A stretch of DNA of 64,000 bases from Octopus bimaculoides (lineage: Eukaryota), in the NCBI RefSeq assembly GCF_001194135.2, contig NC_068998.1, positions 54,856,534 to 54,920,533 of the forward strand, given 5' to 3'. Below, one piece after another: positions 11,692 to 23,833 of this stretch (position 1 is the first letter of the stretch; every line of letters starts with the position of its first letter). A program made the position numbers and the translations under genes. The notes beneath the pieces are model-generated. The model made no database searches, was not told the DNA's origin, and saw only the letters and a list, made by a program, of their open reading frames with translations.

Positions 11692-14109
11692 CGATGGCTT
11701 TCTACTTGTGACAGAAGAACACCCTCACTGACCATTAAAAACATTGTGCACTCAAGCAGCAATGTCCATGCAAAATGTCAGCCATGCTTGTGCAACATTT
11801 CAGGTTCAATGAGCCTTGCATGATACCTCACAGACCCTATTGGCATGATCGAGAGGCAACCCAACCAAAGATATCTCGTGCCAATACAGGTCACAATCTC
11901 AGGAACATGGGATCACCATGATCTCAAGTGCAAACAAAAGACCCCAAGATATCCAGTGCCATTTCTTACATATCCAGTGGTGTATCAGAATGCCTTTTCC
12001 AAGAGACATGTTCTGTTGCCAACAACCCAACCATGCATCAGCTTGTACTGCATTCCATACATACATACACACATACATGCATGCATACATACATACACAC
12101 ATTTATTATGTATGGCTTCCTTTCTTAAGGTTTCTTGTCAAGACTGGAGGGGAAAGACGAGATGTTCATGGTCGGAATGTCTTTGATTTATAGATCCATT
12201 CTATCAGGGACAGACCTGAGGTTAAGCAACGATAACTATTTTACTGAAACATGACATAATCCTGTTAATAAATCTACCTGCCAGTCAGTCTGTCTGTCTG
12301 TCTGTTTCCTCTCTCCCTCTCCCATACAATAATGGCTTCTGTTCCTCAGACCTGGTTGCCACTCACCCCCAACCTCCACCCCCATCCCATGTATTTTTGA
12401 CCCACTTCCCTCTCTTCCTCACAACCCTCATCTTGAGTTCACCTCCTCACGACCCCCCAGCTTCACAATAATCCCTACACACAATCTTTCCTTCCCAGAA
12501 CCCCCTCCCTCTACAATTCTCCCCCCCCCCCACACACACACTCATCAAGCTTCAAGAAAAACAGGACCAACGTCAAATCTCACCAATTTAGGAAAGGAAC
12601 GATCGCAATGGCTGTGGCCAACGCCTCTTCCGCCGGAGCCAAAAAATAACAAAGAAAAAAAAACAAGAAATAATCCTCTCGCTCATAGAGGGGGGGAGAC
12701 GGGGAGAGAGAAGGGGAAGAGAAAAAGAGAGGGGAAAACACATTCAGAGAGAGAGAGAGAGAGAGAGTAATATGTGATGTTTATACTTTTCCTCAAAAAC
12801 CTTGGCAACATTAACCAACTAGGAATCGAACCCTAGATATGAGAATGGATCCTATACAACAACAACAACAGTAATAACATGGGAGCTTGTACGTGGTTAC
12901 TCGTGCTAGAAATAACAGCCAAAAAAAGGATGCATTTAATAATGTAACTTGAGGTACACAATGCATGAATAACAGGTGGAGTAGTCACGACTGAAACGCC
13001 TTTAATCGTAGCTTTGCTAGATTGAGGATGACCTGGGGTTAGATGACAACAACAACAACAACAACAATAACGAGCCTTACAATCATGCGGTTGATTGCGA
13101 TGAGTTCTTCAATCACCCACAATAGACGGAAAGAACGATACGTTATATATAAGAAAAAATACGTTATATATGTAACATAACCCACATAACATAAATAAAT
13201 GAATATATATAAAACAAATAAATATTATATATNNNNNNNNNNNNNNNNNNNNNNNNNNNNNNNNNNNNNNNNNNNNNNNNNNNNNNNNNNNNNNNNNNNN
13301 NNNNNNNNNNNNNNNNNNNNNNNNNNNNNNNNNNNNNNNNNNNNNNNNNNNNNNNNNNNNNNNNNNNNNNNNNNNNNNNNNNNNNNNNNNNNNNNNNNNN
13401 NNNNNNNNNNNNNNNNNNNNNNNNNNNNNNNNNNNNNNNNNNNNNNNNNNNNNNNNNNNNNNNNNNNNNNNNNNNNNNNNNNNNNNNNNNNNNNNNNNNN
13501 NNNNNNNNNNNNNNNNNNNNNNNNNNNNNNNNNNNNNNNNNNNNNNNNNNNNNNNNNNNNNNNNNNNNNNNNNNNNNNNNNNNNNNNNNNNNNNNNNNNN
13601 NNNNNNNNNNNNNNNNNNNNNNNNNNNNNNNNNNNNNNNNNNNNNNNNNNNNNNNNNNNNNNNNNNNNNNNNNNNNNNNNNNNNNNNNNNNNNNNNNNNN
13701 NNNNNNNNNNNNNNNNNNNNNNNNNNNNNNNNNNNNNNNNNNNNNNNNNNNNNNNNNNNNNNNNNNNNNNNNNNNNNNNNTGCCCAGACTCCAGTTGTTA
13801 CAAAGGCAAAATGATTAAGAAACTTACACATATATTAAGAACATGTTAACTTTTAAGAACCAAATCACCAACTTCTATGTGTAGTTTGCTTTGAGACTGG
13901 TGGAATTTGTCTTTTAGAAAGTATAGAGAGTAGAACTATTTCCTGGTGGCTTTTTATCTATATTTATTATATATATATATATTTTTTTTTTTTTTAGGGT
14001 AAAGGATTGAAAATTACGACATTGAAACCTTTCCACGAAAAGAGATACAAGGAGATGAAAAGTCTGGAATTTATCAAATTCCTCTGCAACACCAAACTTA
14101 AGAAATCTA

Positions 14110-14620
14110 CTGGTGAAAGTAACCGTGGCATTACTTTTAGTAATGGTCTGTGTTGGCTGAACCACATTTTTAAAATCATCCAAAAAATGCCAAAAGTGTC
14201 TTCGTATCACTCAGTAAGACTTCATAACTCACTCACCAGCAGCAATTTGTTTAAAACTACATATGGCTATGGTGTGTCTTCACTTACAGTTTGCATTTCC
14301 AGTCTGGACTCCACCATCTTGTTTAGAATGTCAATCTGCTGGAAGCTGTACAGAGATGTACAACCAAACATATTTTCTGTTCATCATTTATTGAATCTTG
14401 AACATTTTATTTTTCTGGACATTGATACATTAAAGTTTCAATATCTCTCACAGCTGAATTGGTAGAAGCTCATAGGATTATCCCATCTTCTTTCCAATGA
14501 CAACTTTGGCCACCTTTTTCAATTCAACACCTCTACGACTCAGCATCCATGATTTTCAGAAACATTTTTCATATCTAGAATTATCAAAGCATGGAACAAC
14601 CTATCCTTATCAGTTAACAA
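14110..14620 (+). mobile_element. CR1/L2-type LINE 3' RT remnant
   Basis: Across frames: GITFSNGLCWLNHIFKI, LKLHMAMVCLHLQFAFPVWTP, LEAVQRCTTKHI, KHFFISRIIKAWNNL, all typical of CR1 ORF2 C-termini. Confidence 0.8.
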
Positions 14621-16669
14621 CTAGGATACTTCTAGAAATCCGTTAACGTCTAAGGCTCTTTTACTCTCCACTTTTCACTTTTTTTCTGTTTTATCCTATG
14701 ACCTTTGCCTGCACTTCTGGCCTCCATTGTTGTCTTTCTTTCCTCAACTTGCTTTTTGATGCCTCTTTTGCCTTTGTCTGGCAAATTGTTGTGCATCTGT
14801 GCATTCGTAGACAATAAGTGCATCATTGAAGGTGGCAAGTAGACAGAATTGTGAGCAAGCTGGACGAAATGCTTAGAAGCATTTCATCTTTTAGGGAAGG
14901 GAGTCAGTCATGGCCCTTTTGATGTGGTTCTGACATTGGTGGCAAGAAGGGACTCAGAAGTTATTACTGAAGACAGAAGCACATCAAGATATTAAGTCAT
15001 CCTCAAATCAGGGGCCAGGTGGTTCAAATGCTAGCAACTGGACAAACTCTATGAAAGTTCCCTAATGGCAAGTGTTAAAAGAGGTGACAGATTAAGATAT
15101 AACCAATCATGGTTGTATTTCTAGTCATACCAGAATTATTAGTATGGCCTTTAACTCTGAGAAAGGAATTTTGAGTGCGAAGGCAGGTCTCGCCTTTTTG
15201 ACTGGTGAGTTGTTAGTGAAAAGAATGGAAATTATGGGAAATGCTTCCAGCTGGGAACTGAAACCAGCAAGCAAGAAATAGCAGCCAAATCTCTCTCAGA
15301 TCACACCCTCTCAGGGGAGAGATATATTCTTTTCCTTCTCCTCCTTCTTCTTTTTCCCTCCTCTCCTCCTCCTTCTTCAATCATATCGAGAAAGCAAACT
15401 TTTGATCAGCCGTGAATGTGACTTAGTTTCACACCCATGCACGAGTTGTGTGTGCGCACACACACACGTGCGCATGCATACATACATATATACGTACGTA
15501 CGTACATACATACGTATGTACGCGCACACACACACACAGTGAAATTACAATTTCAGCGATAAATTAAAATTCCACGTTGTACTGGGTAAAGCGAAATATA
15601 ATTAATCCTTTATGTTATTGTTAAATTGTACGCTATAATGAATAAAAAGGGAAATTAATATTTCTCTACGACGACATTGACCAAACGTTTTACTTTTTGA
15701 TTTTAGACGCTGTGATCACATTCTTCGGTGTGATCTTCTCAGTTACTAAGAGTGTGATTAGAATGAGATTTGACTGCTATTTCTAGCAGGTCGGTCGATT
15801 TTGTTGTAAGGGCGTGTCTAGTTGGTTTATTTTATTCCAATTCATTAGAATTAATTCTATTTATCGACCTCGTATGTAGGAAAGCTAATCTCAACCCTGC
15901 TAATATTCCAGTTTATAAACAATAAAACATCAAAGTCGCCGTTATAGGATTTCTTTGAATAATAATTCATTTATGATCTGAGGATGTTAGAATGCTACCG
16001 TTTTTACTTCCGCAAAAACAGTTATCACTTTCCCGACGAATTTTCCTTCGAGAATTGACTAGTTTTTCATTTATGCAGTTGTTTTCCCCCAGTTCTTGTT
16101 CCATAATTTAAATGTATCTTTGATTTGCTTTAAATAACAGATACGACCCTAAATCCCCCTTGCTCTGCGTGAACAGTATTTCCTTCCTTCGATTTAAAGT
16201 TATCATTGCTATAAGAAAACAAGTCTTCGTTCGTTTAAATCTTTTGTTGCTGAAGTAATTCTGTTATTTTGAATATTGTTATTTATTTGCAAAACTGAAA
16301 TGAATGCAGAAGCTTACGAAACCGAAAATATGATCTTGAGTTAGCGAAATGGAAAACGGTACGCTATTCTCTAAAATCGCTTCGAAACTGAAGATGAACT
16401 ACAATATAAAGGAATAATAATAATAATAATAATAATAATTGCAGTACATCGTTGTGGTTTTTTAACCGCTTCAAAATCTTATCGAAAATAATGTTTCATA
16501 ATTAAAACATATAATATAGATACTAGTTAGCAAAAATAAGTGATGTCTACATGATTCGTTTATTTTTCCGTATTATAAGCATAAAAACAAAAATATCAAT
16601 TCATTTGTAGCTTTTTTAATTCTTTGTTTTTGTTTATTTATATTTATTCTCATTTATAATTGATAATTT

Positions 16670-17300
16670 GTTCTTAACCGACGCACCGACGCAATTAGGA
16701 AGGCGGATGCCGGCAATATACACGGGAGATAATCATGTACATCCTGTTCAATTAATCTTCCTATAAAGTAATACTTTTAAAACATTACGTTAATAAATAT
16801 TTCTTTTATATTATGCTATTATTTTAATTGAAAATAATTATAAATAACAATAATAAAATAATTATTTCAAATTATTGTCATTATACCCATACTTAAATTA
16901 ATTTAGAGAGTTTATAAAATATCTATACCAGCAGTTGATACTACACTAAATATATATAAGTTTGTACTCCAGACGTAACTCTTTAGCTTTGCGCAGAGGC
17001 GGTACCATAGCCAATGAGGGTTATCCGAGGCGTGGTTATTGCTAGTTGAAAACTATTCCCAATACCCCGCGATGGCGCCTAATGGGCGCCAATCGCAATT
17101 TTTAGGCACCTCTACGGAGGTGTGAAATCACTTTAATATCAGACTGTATTGATTGGTTGTGTATCGATAATGATTACTGAATCGATGTCAATGACCCAGC
17201 ACGGTTGTTGCATGTGTGACATGGTTATCCATGTTGACAACGATTCTTTCACGTGGTATTTCGACTTCATATTGAATATGTTCCTGAACTCAACAAAAAA
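16670..17300. promoter_or_regulatory. CpG-rich, CCAAT-box-rich promoter-like island of unknown target (could instead be a repeat)
   Basis: AGCCAATGA (~17030), GCGCCAATCG (~17085) and TGATTGG (~17150); GATGGCGCC YY1/E2F-like word; GC and CpG far above the flanks. Confidence 0.35.
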
Positions 17301-18208
17301 GGCGAGATGGTCACGGACAGAGCGCCTTTGATCCTTAAGTCTGTTCGATCAAAACGTATTTTATTGAATATGTCCCTGACCACATATGATGGCGTTGGAT
17401 TAACGTTTAGGGAGGTTTGACTGTTGTTATTAGCAGATTGTGCGACTACATAAAGAACTTTTCATTATCTTGGAGAAAGCTCATTGACGTTGGATTTAGC
17501 CCTTTTGCGATTATTCGGTCTGCCAAGAATAGCAGACAATCTCCCTTAAAATCACACACTATCGTATCGTCTTTAAAAAATATATATATACATTTCATCC
17601 AAGAAATATAAATGGAAAAAAGTCGGGATGAACACGACTGGAACGCCTTTGATTTTATGTTTTCTATATCAGAGCCTGCCTGGGGGCTAGTAATTTTTCA
17701 CGTGTAGAGCCTCTATGCTACAAATATCAGTTAAATCACTGCTCTCCGTTTTAAAAAGTGATACATCGGATAGTATTGCCCTGAAAAAAATCCCACGATG
17801 GTCAAAGTTGGAACGCTTTTGATTAAGGTTGACATGGAACTGAACAAGTCTTGCTTACGAGGAAACTGTGTTATCAATCAAACTGCTAGAGATAGCAGCC
17901 AAACCTCTCTCAGATTACAAACCTACCGTCTGAAAACAATGAAAGGGTACTTTGAATAATATAGTCCTAGATAGAATAATACTAATATAAATTTTTAAAA
18001 CATGTAAGGACAAAGACAGGACGAAAGTTACAAAGGGTTTTGTCCGAAAAGAAGAAAACGTTCGTGTAAACAGTGAAGAAAACAGAGAAAGATGTAACAA
18101 ATAAAACTCCCAATAGGGGGGGGGGGGCGCTTCGAAAGGTTACACGTGGAAAAACCAATAAAAGCCACGGGAGCCTGGTCAGAAACGAAGTGTGTATATG
18201 ATGCAAGA

Positions 18209-18375
18209 AATCCAGGTAAAATAAAGTTACAGGGGCTTTGTCCGGGAAGCGGGGTCCGAGGGGTTTTTTTTTCCGGATCCCATAAATTAATTGTGACTTT
18301 TTTATTCCTGTGACTTTATTCCAGGCCACCATATATTAATTGTGACTTTTTTCCTGTTACTTTATTACCGGTCAC
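18209..18375. mobile_element. Putative MULE/Rehavkus-like MITE with a 10-bp target duplication
   Basis: Flanked by direct TGATGCAAGA (18199-18208 and 18376-18385). Imperfect inverted ends GGTAAAATAAAGTTACAGG / CCTGTTACTTTATTACC and an internal ~45-bp tandem duplication. Confidence 0.5.
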
Positions 18376-19029
18376 TGATGCAAGATCCGAAACATCCATT
18401 GACTCCAAGTATGTAAACGTATGAAAAACGTAAATAAAACGTAATTCCTCCCTCCCCTACGGTGTAATACCGTATTGTCATAGCGTAGAAGCCATACATT
18501 GTTAGTTAATAAGCGGCTTGAAATATTAATGTCATAACTGTTATCATTTATGGTATCTAAATGAATTGTGACACGTTTCCCTCGTGATTTATTTCCATTT
18601 CTTTGTTTTAAGAAAGCAATGTCGCACGCGCACGCACACACACATTAAGTCAAAGCTAAGATTTATGTACAAGGAGCACAACAGTAGCCTATCGTGTTGA
18701 AGGTGACCCGAGACTGTCTGCGGTGCCGGGTTCGAATTAACGTTCTTGCGTAAACTAATTCATTTTTGTCGCTAATGATCTGCTAAAATATGAACATCGA
18801 AAATTCCTCCACTTCTAAAGACAAGATCTCTGATTACCATAATTAAAAACAGATAACTAAATGTTTATCCCTGTACAATGAATAAAATAACATTAATCAC
18901 ATATAGAAGGAACTATGTATCACAAATGATTTCATAATTCATTTTAAAACATTATAATTACTGAAGAATTGAGAATTCTGTGCGATTGCTCTGCTAGAAA
19001 TAGCAACAAACTCTCTCTCTCAAATCAAA

Positions 19030-19310
19030 CCCTGTACGTTTTGTCAGCCTGGTACTTATTTCATCGGTTACTTTTTGCCGCACCGTTAAGTTACAGGGAC
19101 GTAAAAAAGCCAACATCGGTTGTCAAGTGTTGGTAGTAGTCAAACACAAACACACTGAAGGGTATCTATCTATCTCTTCCCGTCTATCAACTCTCTTCAC
19201 AAGACTGGTCGACCCAGGACTGTAGTCAAGGACACTTACACAAGGTGCCACGCAGTGTCTGAACTGAGAACCATGTGGTTGGGAAGCAAACTTCTTACCA
19301 CATAGCCACA
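19030..19310 (-). mobile_element. tRNA-derived SINE (family A head with central conserved domain)
   Basis: Same head as the 9110-9265 copy, plus the TGGTACTTATTTCATCGG...GTTAAGTTACAGGGACG core. Confidence 0.8.
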
Positions 19311-19479
19311 AAGAAATAAAAACTGGAACATCTTTGATCAAAGACTTTCTACAAGGCTGACTTGGAGTTAACTAATGAATATCTTTTAGAAAAATGAAAT
19401 GAGTGTAAGTTCTTATAAACAATGCAATTAGGTTCCACAAACGATCAACAAATAACGGCATGAAAGAATCTCCTTATAA

Positions 19480-19680
19480 TAATGGTTTCAAATTTTGGCG
19501 CAAGGTCAACAGTTTAAGGGGACGGGGACAAGTCGATAACATCAACCACAGTAACCGACTCGTACTTATTTTGTCGACTTCGAAAGGATGAAAGGCAAAC
19601 TAGACTTAGGCAGAATTCGGAAGAAATGCTGCGGAGCATTTTGTCCGGTGTGCTAACGATTCTGCCAGCTCACAGCCTGA
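19480..19680 (-). mobile_element. SINE family B
   Basis: GTACTTATTTTGTCGACTTCGAAAGGATGAAAGGCAAA core and GTGCTAACGATTCTGCCAGC head. Confidence 0.8.
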
Positions 19681-19739
19681 GAATCTGCTTGCATTATAAT
19701 ACAAGTGCGCTGACCGTTCTCATTTTCACAAGACTACTT

Positions 19740-19753
19740 ATTGCTATGGTAAC
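19740..19753. promoter_or_regulatory. RFX X-box (ATTGCTATGGTAAC)
   Basis: 14/14 match to the X-box consensus RTHNYYWTRRNRAC, located upstream of a ciliary gene. Confidence 0.65.
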
Positions 19754-19989
19754 GTCATCTCGAATGCTCACCACAAAAATTATGTAAGAAAACTGAACCT
19801 TACGAATGAAATATAGAAGACAGCATAGGCATATAAAATGAATAACCGTAATATTTTATGTGATTGAGTCTATGAAAATGCTAAGTGTTAAATGTTGTGA
19901 AGCAATCGTCATCCTCGTTCGAGGTTGGCGGCGTGGACTGTTACTAAGTACGCTATGTAATCGGATGTAGCAGTATACACATGATAGCA

Positions 19990-20260
19990 GTTAATAAGCA
20001 ACTTCCGGTAAATATCCTTCCCCGTCATCGAAAAAGTTCGTTAAAAAAACATTAATAGTTGTTGCTAAATGCTGCACAAAATGGCAATGATTTGTCGGAC
20101 AAACATTCCGAATTGCTAAAAGTACAAGGTCAATTGTAAATCTAGTTAGCTATAGGTATAGAATGCTTCATATATTAGCCATCAAACAAAACACATCAAG
20201 CTTGTTTCCCATATCCCTCCGCCTCTCCTTTACTCAGCCATCCGCCATCTTGCGGAATCT
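19990..20260. promoter_or_regulatory. Core-promoter-like region with an ETS site (ACTTCCGGT, 20001-20009) and a YY1 site (~20242-20251)
   Basis: Exact ETS/GABP and YY1 consensus words, with locally elevated CpG, between two divergent genes. Confidence 0.6.
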
Positions 20261-20399
20261 CTGAAAGATTTTTTCCCATGGAATAAATATTGCAATAATA
20301 TATGGAATAATATCGGAGTAATATTGCAATAATAGATGGAATAATATTGGTTGTGAGAAATAGGCGCACATGTTTGTTGTTATAGCCGGCCTCTGTCTG
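20200..20399 (+). other. HMG20A: Probable non-coding first exon (5' UTR) of HMG20A; 5' boundary approximate
   Basis: Pyrimidine-rich start, YY1 motif CCGCCATCTT (~20242-20251) and a consensus donor CTG|GTAAGT at 20400, upstream of the first coding exon. Confidence 0.6.
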
Positions 20400-20887
20400 G
20401 TAAGTGAAACTATCTCTTGAGTTTTTCCCAATAAACTCTTTCTAACAATAAACACAGAATTTTCTGCAGCCAAGAAATGTGGCCAGAAAAGCTGTTTTTC
20501 CTTTTCGTTTTGTGCGTCATTCCTCTTTTCTCTCCACTCATTGTGTCTGTGGCTCGATCTATCTATCATATATATATATATATATGTGTGTGTGTGAGAG
20601 TGTATAAATTTTCGTGTTCCGAAATATATTTAATTAAACAATTTGTAAATAACTCTTTTGAGATGATGCATAGAGACAGAGAGAGATGCACAAACACAGT
20701 ATTTGTTGCATGTTATTTCTTCAACTTACCACATATTCCTTTTTGTTAATAATAATACAGCCTTTCGTCATGTTCTTATTTTGCACTTGACTCAACTAAA
20801 CTTTCAATACTACCATTAAAGCATGTATATATACATACATATATGTTGTGTGCTCATATGTATATATATACACACATATATATATAA

Positions 20888-20922
<35 letters not shown>

Positions 20923-21031
20923 GATGTGTGTGTTATATACTGGCTCCTTATTATTGTCTTGCCGCAAGTAAACAACTAACTAAATACTAACTACAAAGTT
21001 ATAATAGAAAATCATAACTGATTGAATAATT

Positions 21032-21185
21032 CTTTCTACTGCAAGCACAGGGCCTGAAATCTTGATTGATGGGCTAATCAATTACCTTGAACCCCTAGCT
21101 CAACTGGTACTTATTTCATTGCCCCCGGGTGGATGAATGGCGAAGTCGGTTTCGACACTATTTGAACCCAGAACGTAAGAATCGA
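21032..21185 (-). mobile_element. SINE family B bounded by an 18-bp direct repeat (probable TSD)
   Basis: ATAACTGATTGAATAATT at 21014-21031 and 21186-21203 flanks the core-containing copy. Confidence 0.7.
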
Positions 21186-21344
21186 ATAACTGATTGAATA
21201 ATTGTTCCAAATCCCAGTTATTTAATTACTCTTTCGTTTCTTTGTTTTTTAATTAATATATTAATTGTTAAAATAAATCTGAAACTATTACTTTAGGCCT
21301 TTGTTGCATCCTAACATAATCAATGACAGACAAAATGCTTTGCG

Positions 21345-21500
21345 GCATTTCGTCTCTCTTTAAGTTCTGAGTTCAAATTCCACCCAAGTTCACTTTGCCT
21401 TTCATCTTTTCGGGGTCAGTAAAATAAATACAAATTGAGTACAGGGGGTCAGTGTAAACGACTTACTCCCCCAAAATTCCAGGCCTTGTGCCTATTATAG
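21345..21500 (+). mobile_element. SINE family B, opposite orientation
   Basis: GTTCTGAGTTCAAATTCC...TTTGCCTTTCATCTTTTCGGGGTC...AAAATAAATAC. Confidence 0.75.
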
Positions 21501-23833
21501 AAATGTTTATTAGTATTTCAATTCGGCTTAAATCAAATGTGTTGTTTTTTTTCATGTGCAATCAGTCATGTGCTTTCTGAAACGATTTTAATAATAATAG
21601 TAACAATAATAATCTTTTCTACTAAGTATACTCCTTTAATAATTATAATAACGATTCCTAATATTGGCATCAGGCTCCTAGTCGATTTAATCGATTTCTC
21701 GACTTGACTCATGTTCAAATTATTAATCGGCCCAGAAAAGATAAAAAGCTGACTCCCGGTGTGATTTGAACTCGACGTCAAGATACGTAACTAAATGGTT
21801 TCATTCTGCCTAAATAATCATCCGGGAATTATTCTCTTCCAACTACATCAAGAATCAAAAATAACAATGAATTAGTTAAATTGTTGTTGAGGACATCACT
21901 GATGAAATATTCGATTACATTGATATTAAGGGTTAGGTTTAATTTTTTTTCTTATTGGTTACTCTGTACAAAAACACCAAAAAAAAAAACGGAATCTGTT
22001 TTATGACATCCTAAAAACTATACCTGACAATGTGAACTAAATATATATATCACATAAATTTGGATAATTCAGTTTAAATGTGGTGTACTAAATACCACAT
22101 GCTGTAAATTCATAATGTGTGTGTGAGCTAGATATGAGATGCCAGGTTTAAATGCATCATCAGATTAAGTCCCTAACAATTCTGAGTTTGAACCTTGCCA
22201 AGCTATTTTACTCTTTCTTCATTGGAATAAATATGTGAAGTATTTAACTTGTGGTAAATTCTCTAATACAATACACTGAATCATTGGAGCATAAGCATTG
22301 TAAATTCTGATGTCTGTGTCGTTCAATATTTCTATCAGTATATCTAGCCAGGTGAGTACCATCATTTAAGCATATTTGGGGTACAAACATAAACTTGCAT
22401 CTCTTCAGTCAGACTGTCATATACCTGAAAATACTGTATGCCTCAGTTTGTTGTTTGAAAGTCGTGAATCATTGTTAGATATTTCATCAGTAAACACAGT
22501 AATACGCCTGACACAAATATGATAGAAGAAGGAACCTCAAAAGAAATAGTTTCCCAATAAATAGCTTTGGTGTCATAAAATATCTAACTTTACAGTTGAT
22601 ATTCATCTTGTTCACATGAATGGAAACCACTTTGATCAATTGTGTATCAGAAATTAAAATACAAAGATTTGTTTGTTGACAGATTTCCAATAAATAGACT
22701 CCTTGGTGAGATTGTTTCCTTGCTGTTAAATCTTGTAATTTATCCTATTCTTACAAATTTGATTGTAGACAACTAAAAGTTAGGAATGTGAAAGAACCCA
22801 ATAGTGAAACATTTCAAAACCTGTCAGAAATATTATCATTGTCATTAAACATCTAGTTTTGAAGTAAGAATTGCATTCCACTATATATTTGATTATTCAA
22901 ACAGTTGATATATTTTAGTAATTTGTATTTAGCAAAAACTCTTAATTTAACTATTAAACAATATGCTTCAATTTTAAACTTGCTAACTTTGCTTGACTTC
23001 TTTTTTTCCTCTTCATCTAACTTGCCAAAATTGAATGAAAATAATAATAATTGCATGAAACTGTTCAAACTCATTAGTTATCAATCTCTTTTCTTTTAAT
23101 TTCTGTAAGGCTTCCAAAATTACAAACCCAATATTTCTCTTGAATTTAATGAAGAAATATATGAACTATAAAACTACATATCAGTCAAATGAATTGTATA
23201 TTTTCAATTAATTCTGGTAATTTGAAATTTTGATCATTTTATATTTGAAACTAATATCAATGATACAAAAATTTAAATATTTATTTTATTATAAATCCAA
23301 AGTATAAACATAGTTCAATAATAACTAGTAAATTTATTTTGTATATGAATTATATTTTAAACTGTAAAAACCAGAGAAGCTGTTGAAAATAGCTTAAAAA
23401 TTTGAGCCTGAATTTGACTGGAGTCTTTGTTCTTCCATTGTCTCATGTAGCTGTGATTTTAATATAGTTTAAACACTAATTTTTTAAGAGAAATAGATTT
23501 TATTGTTTGCATTCATGGTAGTGCTTCTTATAATATCTTATTAGTGCTTGTCTAAAATGCTGGGACTTGTCTTTCTTTCTCTCTCTCTTCAAGAGCTGAT
23601 ACAAATCAAAGGATAATATAATGGTAATTTATTTCAGAAAGCTGAGATATAAAGGTAGATTTTTGAGACCTAATGAGTGGTGCCAATAGAGAGGTAGTCA
23701 CTTTCTTTAAACAGTCTCCTGTATATTGTTTTCTCCAGCTTCTGTAGGAATCAGTCCGTCACCTCATATGATGTCTATTTCAGTTTTGATCTGGAATGTG
23801 TGAAGTTGGAGATCCTCTCCAGCTCCAAGAATA

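Noticed and set aside
11845-12193. Overlapping 67-113 aa ORFs, possibly an RTE C-terminal remnant
   Set aside because: Similarity too weak to call, and the ORFs are inflated by (CATA)n repeats.
14650-16210. Possible extra CFAP58 5' exons (ATG at ~16104, MEQELGENN...; K-rich 14661-14779 on the minus strand)
   Set aside because: Phases can be chained, but the splice sites are weak (GTAAAA donors, poor pyrimidine tracts) and there is no homology.
18685-18745. tRNA-like A/B-box sequence (GGTTCGAATT)
   Set aside because: No cloverleaf with a matching acceptor stem; best read as a degenerate SINE head.
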